A stretch of 10,197 nucleotides of DNA, taken from NCBI GenBank assembly GCA_043822065.1, contig JBDRCC010000005.1, positions 1-10,197 of the forward strand, read 5' to 3'. The stretch is from an archaeon. Lineage in GTDB: Archaea > Undinarchaeota > CAZHTU01 > JBDRCC01. A model generated the notes under the pieces. It did not search any database. It was not told the origin of the DNA and saw only the letters and a list, made by a program, of their open reading frames with translations. A program made the translations under genes and the position numbers. Of the stretch, positions 1 to 6,066 are shown piece by piece (position 1 is the stretch's first letter; the number at the start of each line of letters is the position of its first letter).

Positions 1-914
1 TCCATTTTTGGCACTTTCCTTTTCTTGGTTTTTTTGATGGATATCCTGCCTGTTTTGTCAGCGTCAATCCTTTCCAGGAGGCCCTTCGACACAAGGTACT
101 GGTCAACCGCAAGCCTGTGCGGGAAGAAACTGATGCTCCGCGTCCCCATGAGTGCGGCTTCTCTAGACATGCTCCCGCCTCCGGACAGCACAGCATCTGC
201 GAAATAGCTGAGCGAAAGCGTGTCCACAGGCTTCCTCGCGACAAACAGGTTGCTTCCAGTATACTTCTCGCCTGGCTGGCGCGCAATAACAACCTTCTGG
301 ACGCCGTCATCAATCTTCTGGAGTATCTTTTCGGCGCCGCCTGGCCCTGCCGAATACGAAGCATTGTACGCTTCCGGCCGCACCACAACTATCTGCCCTT
401 TCCGGTCGAGCCCAAGCTCCTCAAGGACGGCACCGCTCCTTTTGAGGTTCTTGATATTTGCAACTTCGCACACACCGTCAAACTTTTCAAAACGCGCATT
501 GTACTTTCTTATTTCTGAATCCGGTATCGCCGCCGGGCAGACGACCTTGTCCGCGAACGGGAGCGTCAGAAGGTTTTGGACCCTTGCGTATTCATTGTCC
601 ATGACGGCTATGTATCTTACTCCGAGCCCTATCGCCACTCTCGCGCCCTCGACAGAGTACTTGTGGACGCACACGTCTGGCGAGTACCCCTTTACAATCT
701 TCGCGAGCTCAACAACCCGCCTGCCGCTCTCAATGAGCTTGTCCGCCTTTTCCTTCCCGCCATGAGCCCCAACCAGCTTGTAGTCAAGCCCTTCGAGTAT
801 GTACTCTATTGCGCCAAAATCGCGGGCGGTTATCAGCGTGTCTTCATGCTTCTCAAGGAACTTCCTGAAAAAGAGCGCCTGCGGGGCGTTTGAGATGTCC
901 ACCCAAACCTTCAT
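1..914 (-). CDS. DUF354 family protein (putative GT-B glycosyltransferase-like), 3' end truncated by window edge
   Basis: Not in the ORF track because it has no stop inside the window. Manual translation from ATG at 914 is open to position 3: MKVWVDISNAPQALFFRK...LITARDFG...VGAHGGKEKADKL...MDNEYA...LTLPFAD...VVRPE...SGGGSMSREAALMGTRSISFFP...LAVDQYL. These match DUF354 motifs as I recall them. Start overlaps the upstream stop (ATGA, 911-914). Confidence 0.88.
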   Translation of the reverse strand, partial: MKVWVDISNAPQALFFRKFLEKHEDTLITARDFGAIEYILEGLDYKLVGAHGGKEKADKLIESGRRVVELAKIVKGYSPDVCVHKYSVEGARVAIGLGVRYIAVMDNEYARVQNLLTLPFADKVVCPAAIPDSEIRKYNARFEKFDGVCEVANIKNLKRSGAVLEELGLDRKGQIVVVRPEAYNASYSAGPGGAEKILQKIDDGVQKVVIARQPGEKYTGSNLFVARKPVDTLSLSYFADAVLSGGGSMSREAALMGTRSISFFPHRLAVDQYLVSKGLLERIDADKTGRISIKKTKKRKVPKM

Positions 915-1825
915 GCGAGCCACCCCCACAGTGCGAGCAAGAGAACAACGAGAACTTCCGTTGACAGGACCCTTGCAACGAGCTGGGGCTCTGTAAGCGG
1001 CTTCCTTAGGAAATGCCTTGCGAGGGAGCGGTAGCCTTTCTTAGGCAGGTAAAGCCTGCCCTTCTTCAGGACAACGGGCTTGAAGTCAGACCGGCTCATA
1101 ACCCCTGCCGACCTGAACTTAAGCCAGGCGTCGGCAATGTGCGGCGCAAGCGCCAATGGCAGGACGTAGGGGTATGGGCTCAGCAGCACTATGCTGGCGA
1201 TTACCGCCCCGCAGAACATCGTGCCAGAATCCCCTGGAAAGACGCTGGCAGGATAAAGATTGTAAAGCAGGAACCCCGCGAGGCATGCGAAAAGCAGAAG
1301 CAGGGAGTAGGATTCAAACATGTAGCCCTGCAGGTAGAAAAACACAGCCAGCCCGGCTGAAGCCAGCGCACTCATGCCGGCTTCTATGCCATTGAACCCG
1401 CCGAGCATGTTTGTGAAATTGCTTGAGGCCATGAATCCTGCCGCAAGCAAAATTGCGTACAGGACCTTCCAGCCGCCGTCGAACTGGTATATCGCCGGCA
1501 TCAGCATCAGCCCCGCAACAAACGGGAAGACCAGCTTAACCCTTGGCTTGAACGCGAATTTGTAGTCTGCAAGCCCGAAGGCAGAAACTGCAAGTGCCGC
1601 AGCCAGTGCCCAGAGCATTTCAACCTTCCCGTAGGCGTAAACCAACATCAGGAAAAAAACCGAAAACGAGGCGACAAAGGCAATTCCCACGTGCTCCGGC
1701 ACGGCATGCCCATTCTCCTTGTTCACGTCCCGCCCGACAACCCGCAGCCGCATCATCAGCCTGCCTATGGCTGGAGTAAGGACTGCAGTTAGGGCAAATG
1801 CGTAAACTGATAGCTCAATCGCCAT
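911..1825 (-). CDS. Glycosyl transferase family 4 (MraY/WecA/GPT-AglH-like polyprenyl-phosphate N-acetylhexosamine-1-phosphate transferase)
   Basis: Multi-pass hydrophobic protein with GRDVNK..VPE..G, SNFTNMLGGFNGIEAG and YNLYPASVFPGDSGT motifs typical of GPT/AglH-type enzymes. ATG at 1825, 2 nt after the Sua5 stop, is preferred over the ORF-track start at 1849. Confidence 0.9.
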   Translation of the reverse strand: MAIELSVYAFALTAVLTPAIGRLMMRLRVVGRDVNKENGHAVPEHVGIAFVASFSVFFLMLVYAYGKVEMLWALAAALAVSAFGLADYKFAFKPRVKLVFPFVAGLMLMPAIYQFDGGWKVLYAILLAAGFMASSNFTNMLGGFNGIEAGMSALASAGLAVFFYLQGYMFESYSLLLLFACLAGFLLYNLYPASVFPGDSGTMFCGAVIASIVLLSPYPYVLPLALAPHIADAWLKFRSAGVMSRSDFKPVVLKKGRLYLPKKGYRSLARHFLRKPLTEPQLVARVLSTEVLVVLLLALWGWLA

Positions 1826-1826
1826 T

Positions 1827-2471
1827 CTATTGACGGAGTATCTCTCCAACCGTCATGTCTATTATCCGGGAGGGCTTTTTATATTTGCACATGCCCCCAT
1901 CTATCATTATGTCTGCCTTGACTTTTACCTGGTTGAAGGCCCATGGCGCCTGCTGCCCTGTCTTGTTGGCGCTTGTGGTTATTATCGGGCCGGTCAGCTC
2001 TATAAGCCGCCTTACCGCCCTGGCGTCAGGAATCCTGATGCCAATGTTCCTGCGGCTGACATAGTCTGGCACCCCCTCAAGAAGTATGCCGCTTGAGCTG
2101 TAAACCGGGGGCTTTTTTTGCAGTATCACAGTAACCGGTCCGGGGAGCTGCTCAGCCACGAACGACATCTGCGCGTTAGAGATAACTGCATACTTGCGTA
2201 TATCCTCTAAATTGGCGACTGCTATCGAAAGCGGCTTCGAAGGCGCGTTTCCCTTTATTCTTCGTATTCTCTTAACTCCCCCCTCGCTCGAAATTACAGC
2301 CCCGAGGCCATAAACTGTATCCGTTGGGTAGACTGCTACCTTCCCGTCCCGCATGGCGGCGGCAATCCTCTTTATCTTCTCACTCTCAATTATGTCGACA
2401 TTTAGCGTTATGACTATTGGCTTTGCGCCAGGCTTCTTTCCCGTTTTTGGTTTTGGCTTTTTTGCGCTCAT
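1827..2471 (-). CDS. sua5: L-threonylcarbamoyladenylate synthase (TsaC/YrdC/Sua5 family, YrdC domain only)
   Basis: YPTDTVYGLG, K..KPLSI, LPGPVTVIL, IGIRIPD, TTSAN and PSRIID motifs. No C-terminal Sua5 domain. Lys/Pro-rich N-terminal tail. Confidence 0.92.
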   Translation of the reverse strand: MSAKKPKPKTGKKPGAKPIVITLNVDIIESEKIKRIAAAMRDGKVAVYPTDTVYGLGAVISSEGGVKRIRRIKGNAPSKPLSIAVANLEDIRKYAVISNAQMSFVAEQLPGPVTVILQKKPPVYSSSGILLEGVPDYVSRRNIGIRIPDARAVRRLIELTGPIITTSANKTGQQAPWAFNQVKVKADIMIDGGMCKYKKPSRIIDMTVGEILRQ

Positions 2472-3139
2472 TTTAGCATCCTTATCGCAGATGGCAGCTG
2501 GCTGAGGCTGTTTATCACCGCGTCAGCTCCATGCATGCTGCCCTTTTTGTTCCTATCCACTAGAATCGCCCTGAGCCCGGCGCCCTTTGCGCCCTTGATG
2601 TCGGTCTCGGGCTTGTCACCGACCATGACCGCATCCTGCGCCCTGGCGCCAGCCTCCCTCAGCGCCGAAGCAAACAGCTGCGCGTCAGGCTTCTCCATGC
2701 CTGCAGTTTCTGAGACGTGAACAACATCGAAAAAGTGGTGTATCCTGAGCCGGATAAGCTTCTCCCACTGCTTCACGGCTCGCCCATTTGATATTATCCC
2801 CAATGAATACCCCTCGTCCCTGAGCGAAAGGAGGACGGGGACTGTTTCCGGGTAAGGCCTCAAAAATGACAGCTTCGTGTCGTGGTATGCCGCAACCCCT
2901 GCAGCTATAATCTCAGGGTTCCATTCGACCTCGAGCCTGTCCAGCAGCGCGTCAAAATGCTTGTCATAATTCGAGCCCTTCCCTTTGACTATTGAGTTCA
3001 GCGCACTCAGAATTTTTTTTTCATTTCCCTCAAGCCCAGCCTCAATCATCGCCTTTACGGCATTCTCCCTCGCAGTGTCGGCAAGCTTCCTGCTGTCATA
3101 CAAAGTCCCGTCAATGTCAAAAAAGACTGCCTTTATCAT
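2468..3139 (-). CDS. HAD-superfamily hydrolase, subfamily IA (archaeal TIGR02253-like)
   Basis: Motif I FFDIDGTL, motif II ISNG, KQWEKLIRL, motif III KP and motif IV MVGDKPETDI. Stop overlaps the Sua5 start (ATGA). Confidence 0.92.
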   Translation of the reverse strand: MIKAVFFDIDGTLYDSRKLADTARENAVKAMIEAGLEGNEKKILSALNSIVKGKGSNYDKHFDALLDRLEVEWNPEIIAAGVAAYHDTKLSFLRPYPETVPVLLSLRDEGYSLGIISNGRAVKQWEKLIRLRIHHFFDVVHVSETAGMEKPDAQLFASALREAGARAQDAVMVGDKPETDIKGAKGAGLRAILVDRNKKGSMHGADAVINSLSQLPSAIRMLK

Positions 3140-3149
3140 CGCACCAAAT

Positions 3150-3180
3150 TGTAAAAGCGCTTACAGTTAATAATGATTTT
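3150..3180 (-). promoter_or_regulatory. Putative promoter of the HAD-sua5-GT4-DUF354 operon with a downstream palindrome
   Basis: Minus-strand TTATTAA (3173-3167) preceded by A-rich GCAAAATC, about 28 nt from the ATG at 3139. TGTAA-N6-TTACA at 3150-3165. Confidence 0.45.
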
Positions 3181-3184
3181 GCGT

Positions 3185-3607
3185 TCAGGACGCCGCCGCT
3201 TTTTTTGGGTTTTTGCCAGTTTCCGCAAATTTGGCTGCCTGTACCATCTTAGTATAGAACCACGGCATAGACGGGTAAACCTGGGAGCAAAGGTTTTTGT
3301 TTAATATGTCTCCAAGCGCGGCGTCTACTGCCTTCACGACTTTGGCGTCTGGCGCTGTAAAGAAGATATACGGGAAAGTATAATGCACTATGCTTTGCCC
3401 CCCTGCCGTGCTTATTATCCTTGAAATCACCTTTGCGCGCATCCTCGCGGCGTTGGCGTCAGCAACCTTCCAGGGCGGGGCGTAGACTAGGCAGCGCCTT
3501 TTGCCTTTTCCAGTTTTGGCGACGGGAACCTCAAACTTGCTGCCGAATACTCCGCCAAACCTCTTTGTTTCCGTTTGCCTGTTCTTGTCGGTATCGCCTT
3601 TTTTCAT
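3185..3607 (-). CDS. Hypothetical basic protein (140 aa), possible ferredoxin-like alpha/beta fold
   Basis: Fills the intergenic space in the same orientation as its neighbours. Purine-rich GAGGGTAGG precedes the ATG. No recognisable family motif. Confidence 0.7.
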   Translation of the reverse strand: MKKGDTDKNRQTETKRFGGVFGSKFEVPVAKTGKGKRRCLVYAPPWKVADANAARMRAKVISRIISTAGGQSIVHYTFPYIFFTAPDAKVVKAVDAALGDILNKNLCSQVYPSMPWFYTKMVQAAKFAETGKNPKKAAAS

Positions 3608-3654
3608 TTTCCTACCCTCTTGTTAAACCGGGTGAACCACTTTCCCTCCTATTT

Positions 3655-3685
3655 AAAAAAATAGGAGGGGGGCTGTGCCCCCCTC
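3655..3685 (-). terminator. Stem-loop plus oligo-U terminator-like element
   Basis: Minus-strand RNA reads GAGGGGGGC-ACA-GCCCCCCUC (perfect 9-bp stem, 3685-3665), then CUA and U7 (3661-3655). Confidence 0.65.
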
Positions 3686-3709
3686 AGAAGAAGTTCTGGT
3701 CCGCGCTTC

Positions 3710-3781
3710 TTAGACGGTCAGAGCTCCTTGGCTTTCGCTTCCGATCTCTTCTTCGTCTCGGTCTGCGTTGTTTCTTTCCAT
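3710..3781 (-). CDS. Putative 23-aa upstream ORF / leader peptide MERNNADRDEEEIGSESQGALTV
   Basis: ATG at 3781 is preceded by a textbook SD, AGGAGG (3792-3787, 5-nt spacer). TAA at 3712-3710, shortly before the terminator-like hairpin. Confidence 0.4.
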   Translation of the reverse strand: MERNNADRDEEEIGSESQGALTV

Positions 3782-3792
3782 GTTTTCCTCCT

Positions 3793-3866
3793 GGGTGACG
3801 CCGCCTGGTCTCCCAAGTGGTTCACCCGATGCTTGTTCGCGTGAACATGACCGGGTGATCCGGTTT
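3793..3866 (-). ncRNA. Structured 5' leader RNA with alternative hairpins (unassigned cis-regulatory element)
   Basis: Hairpin 3858-3822: UCACCCGGU/AUCGGGUGA plus UGUUC/GAACA. It competes with a GAGA-tetraloop hairpin at 3827-3793: GGGUGA/UCACCC plus CCACUUGG-GAGA-CCAGGCGG. Starts about 23 nt after a TATA box. Confidence 0.5.
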
Positions 3867-3888
3867 GGGTATACTTTGTGCTTTAGAC

Positions 3889-3904
3889 TATATAAACTCC
3901 CTTA
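3889..3904 (-). promoter_or_regulatory. Archaeal TATA box (TTTATATA) with purine-rich BRE-like upstream sequence
   Basis: Minus strand AAGGGAG-TTTATATA (TATA at 3896-3889). Predicted transcription start near 3866. Confidence 0.65.
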
Positions 3905-3945
3905 ATGACCCCTGATCTGCATAATCAGCACCGCCTGTTTTTAAT

Positions 3946-4563
3946 CTACCTCACCAAGTAATTTATCCAGTAAACCATGCCCTGCCTGCCCGCAGCATAC
4001 TCCCCATGCCAAACATGAAGCGCCCTTGCGCCATTCCGCGCGGCCGCAAGTTCGAGCCTTTTTTGTTCGCCATCAGTTGCAGTCACCCACAGGCAGATTC
4101 CTTCCGCAGCCAACACCTGTAAAACTTCCGCAAGCAAACCATCCATATTGTGTTGGGCCTTTGGGGTCCTGAAACTTATAACGACATCTGCCGAGCCTTT
4201 CTTGAGCCGCATGCCTTTCTCCGAGTCTGCACGCATGAACCTGCACTGGAGCTCAAGCTTCCTGGCAGCTTTCTTTGAGGGAGCAGCCATTCTCATTATT
4301 TCAGTTGTTCCAACAACCCTTGCGCCGTACTTCCAGGCAATATAGCATACCGTCTCGCCGCTCCCGCAGAACAGCTGGAGCACCCTCTTTTCAGGGGAAA
4401 GAAATGGACACCTACTTGCGAGCTCCGCAGGTAGCTTCTTGCCCCCATAGTTTGCCTTTTCAACCGACTTAAGCGCCTCGGACATCAGCAGGTCATCTGG
4501 CGACTCCTTAGAGCCAAGTATGAGCTTCTTGAATCCCAAAAAGGAAAGCGGCGCGCTCTTCAT
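3946..4563 (-). CDS. Class I SAM-dependent methyltransferase-like protein with degenerate motifs
   Basis: RVLQLFCGSGE (motif I-like), YGARVVG, FMRAD, ADVVIS and VLAAEG follow Rossmann MTase strand order. ATG at 4563 is preferred to 4572 because of TATA spacing. Confidence 0.72.
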   Translation of the reverse strand: MKSAPLSFLGFKKLILGSKESPDDLLMSEALKSVEKANYGGKKLPAELASRCPFLSPEKRVLQLFCGSGETVCYIAWKYGARVVGTTEIMRMAAPSKKAARKLELQCRFMRADSEKGMRLKKGSADVVISFRTPKAQHNMDGLLAEVLQVLAAEGICLWVTATDGEQKRLELAAARNGARALHVWHGEYAAGRQGMVYWINYLVR

Positions 4564-4583
4564 GCTAACCATTTGTAGAATGC

Positions 4584-4599
4584 TTTAATAAATCTATCG
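4584..4599 (-). promoter_or_regulatory. TATA/BRE promoter for the methyltransferase-like gene
   Basis: Minus-strand CGATAGA-TTTATTAAA (TATA at 4592-4584), about 21 nt from ATG 4563, which is leaderless geometry. Confidence 0.55.
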
Positions 4600-4640
4600 G
4601 GGACAGACGCATAGCTAAATGCCGCACACATGCGCTCTGT

Positions 4641-4781
4641 TTAGTGCCACTCAGTGTCGTCCTTTTTCGGCTTGTGCGAGGAGACGCAGACATACCTCAG
4701 CTTGCTGCCCTCGTAGCAGTTGTCCGCCAGGTCGCATTCGTCCTTAATCCTGACGGGGCACTTCTTTTTCTCGCCCTTCAT
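4641..4781 (-). CDS. 46-aa Cys/His-containing microprotein (possible metal-binding)
   Basis: MKGEKKKCPVRIKDECDLADNCYEGSKLRYVCVSSHKPKKDDTEWH. Below the ORF-track cutoff. GC3-rich codons like its neighbours and a dedicated TATA/BRE about 23 nt upstream. Confidence 0.72.
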   Translation of the reverse strand: MKGEKKKCPVRIKDECDLADNCYEGSKLRYVCVSSHKPKKDDTEWH

Positions 4782-4803
4782 GGGAGAACTATCTAAGGCT
4801 TAC

Positions 4804-4818
4804 TTTATAAAACTTTCC
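4804..4818 (-). promoter_or_regulatory. TATA/BRE promoter for the microprotein
   Basis: Minus-strand GGAAAG-TTTTATAAA (TATA at 4812-4804), at leaderless spacing from ATG 4781. Confidence 0.65.
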
Positions 4819-4819
4819 G

Positions 4820-5977
4820 CTACAGCTCCTTCCAGTGGTAAAGCGCCTTCAACATAAGCGGTGCGAGAAGGCTGGTCACTATTGCGAGCGCGACAATGTT
4901 CGTCAGGAGTGCGTCGTTGAAGACCCCGAATGTCGAGGCTATCATGGCAATCGCGAGAGTCGACGTCATCTGCGGGATTGTCGCAATCCCGACTCCAAGC
5001 GCCTTCTTCCTCGGCAGCCCTATGAGCTCGGCTCCAAGCGCCCCGCTTCCTGCCTTGCTTATCACCAGCGTCAGCACGATTAGCAGCAGAACGCCCATGT
5101 CCGCGCCTGAGGATATGAGCCTAAGGTCAGTCCGCATCCCAAGGTAGAACATGAACACAGGTATCAGGAACCCATACCCTATTGCGTGCATCTTCGCTAT
5201 GACCTGCTCATGCTTCAGCACGCCCGCAAGCGCGACTCCAGCTATGAACGCGCCAATCATTGCAGGGAGCCCTATGTACTCAGATATGAATGCGACCACA
5301 AGCAGGGTGAAAAACACAAACCTGACTTCCCTGTCCTCCGGGTCCTTCCCAAAGTGCTCCCACTTCAGGAATTTTGCTTCTGCCTTTGGCAGCAGCCAGA
5401 ACACCGATAGGAGGAAAGCTGCAAATACAGCCAGGTACGCCCAAAGGCTTAGCTTCGAGACGCCAACAGCCGACTGCAGCAGGACTGCAAACAGTATGAG
5501 GCTGGCTATGTCCTCAAAAACAGTGGTGACGACTATTGATTTTCCCATTTCCCCGGAAAGAAGCTTGTGCCTCTCAAGGAACGGCATCATTATGCTCACG
5601 GAAGACGACGCAAAAATTGTCCCAAGAATCATCGCAGGTATTGTCCCAAGCCCGATGTAGATGCCCAGATAAGTTCCAGTTAGAAGCGGAATTACGAAGT
5701 TCAGCGTTGCAACCATGATTGACTTTCCGTCCGCCTTTCTAAGCTGCCTCATGTCCACACCGGTCCCGACAAGGAACATCATGTAGAGAAGCCCGAACAT
5801 CGCTATGAAATGGATGCTGTCGTTTACAGGGATGGTCTTGAAGCCGAATGGCCCAAGGAGCATTCCGGCCAGTATAAGCAGGGTCAGGTGGGGCATGTGG
5901 CTCTTCCTGAGAACCTCAGGCAAAAAGAAGGTCGCAGCCATCACCAATAGGAAAAACACAACATAGTCAGTTACCAT
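4820..5977 (-). CDS. Cation:proton antiporter, CPA2 (KefB/NapA-like) family, membrane domain only
   Basis: About 12-13 hydrophobic segments; LAGMLLGP, GLLYMMFLVG, ASSSV, FEDI, IGAFIAG, FLIPVFMFYLG and a conserved K in VISK. No C-terminal KTN/RCK domain. Confidence 0.92.
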   Translation of the reverse strand: MVTDYVVFFLLVMAATFFLPEVLRKSHMPHLTLLILAGMLLGPFGFKTIPVNDSIHFIAMFGLLYMMFLVGTGVDMRQLRKADGKSIMVATLNFVIPLLTGTYLGIYIGLGTIPAMILGTIFASSSVSIMMPFLERHKLLSGEMGKSIVVTTVFEDIASLILFAVLLQSAVGVSKLSLWAYLAVFAAFLLSVFWLLPKAEAKFLKWEHFGKDPEDREVRFVFFTLLVVAFISEYIGLPAMIGAFIAGVALAGVLKHEQVIAKMHAIGYGFLIPVFMFYLGMRTDLRLISSGADMGVLLLIVLTLVISKAGSGALGAELIGLPRKKALGVGIATIPQMTSTLAIAMIASTFGVFNDALLTNIVALAIVTSLLAPLMLKALYHWKEL

Positions 5978-6066
5978 GGTTATCAGCTAGTTAACAGCGC
6001 CCCAATTTATAACTCTTTCTTTCGCCTGAAAAACGTATTTATACTACCCTGCCATTCTACCCATAC
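5978..6066. promoter_or_regulatory. Divergent promoter region (antiporter / MscS)
   Basis: Plus strand GAAAAACG..TTTATA (6038-6043), about 23 nt before ATG 6067. Minus strand GAAAGAG-TTATAAAT (6012-6005), about 28 nt before ATG 5977. Confidence 0.6.

Larger units (their letters stand above)
3629..3828. repeat. Perfect 14-bp inverted repeat flanking a 172-bp segment
   Basis: CGGGTGAACCACTT at 3629-3642 and its exact reverse complement AAGTGGTTCACCCG at 3815-3828. Confidence 0.9.

Noticed and set aside
25-996. Plus-strand ORFs of 60-181 aa at the left end
   Set aside because: Antisense shadows of the DUF354 and GT4 genes, with no motifs.
1826-1849. ORF-track start at 1849 for the GT4 gene
   Set aside because: A non-ATG start overlapping sua5; ATG 1825 directly after the sua5 stop fits better.
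3421-3798. 125-aa plus-strand ORF across the structured region
   Set aside because: TTG start, antisense to the orphan gene and leader, low-complexity translation and no promoter.
3660-3862. Plus-strand resemblance to RNase P RNA (GAAGAAGTTCTGGTC ... GAACATGACCGGG)
   Set aside because: Only loose similarity to CR-I and CR-V. The internal conserved regions are absent, the middle is pyrimidine-rich, and the clear promoter is on the opposite strand. An Rfam scan would settle it.
3608-3870. SRP RNA, tRNA, T-box or CRISPR interpretation of the structured region
   Set aside because: No SRP helix-8 motif, cloverleaf, T-box sequence or regularly spaced direct repeats.
4835-5718. Plus-strand ORFs inside the antiporter (likewise those opposite mscS and polB)
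   Set aside because: Shadow ORFs produced by GC3-biased codons on the coding strand.
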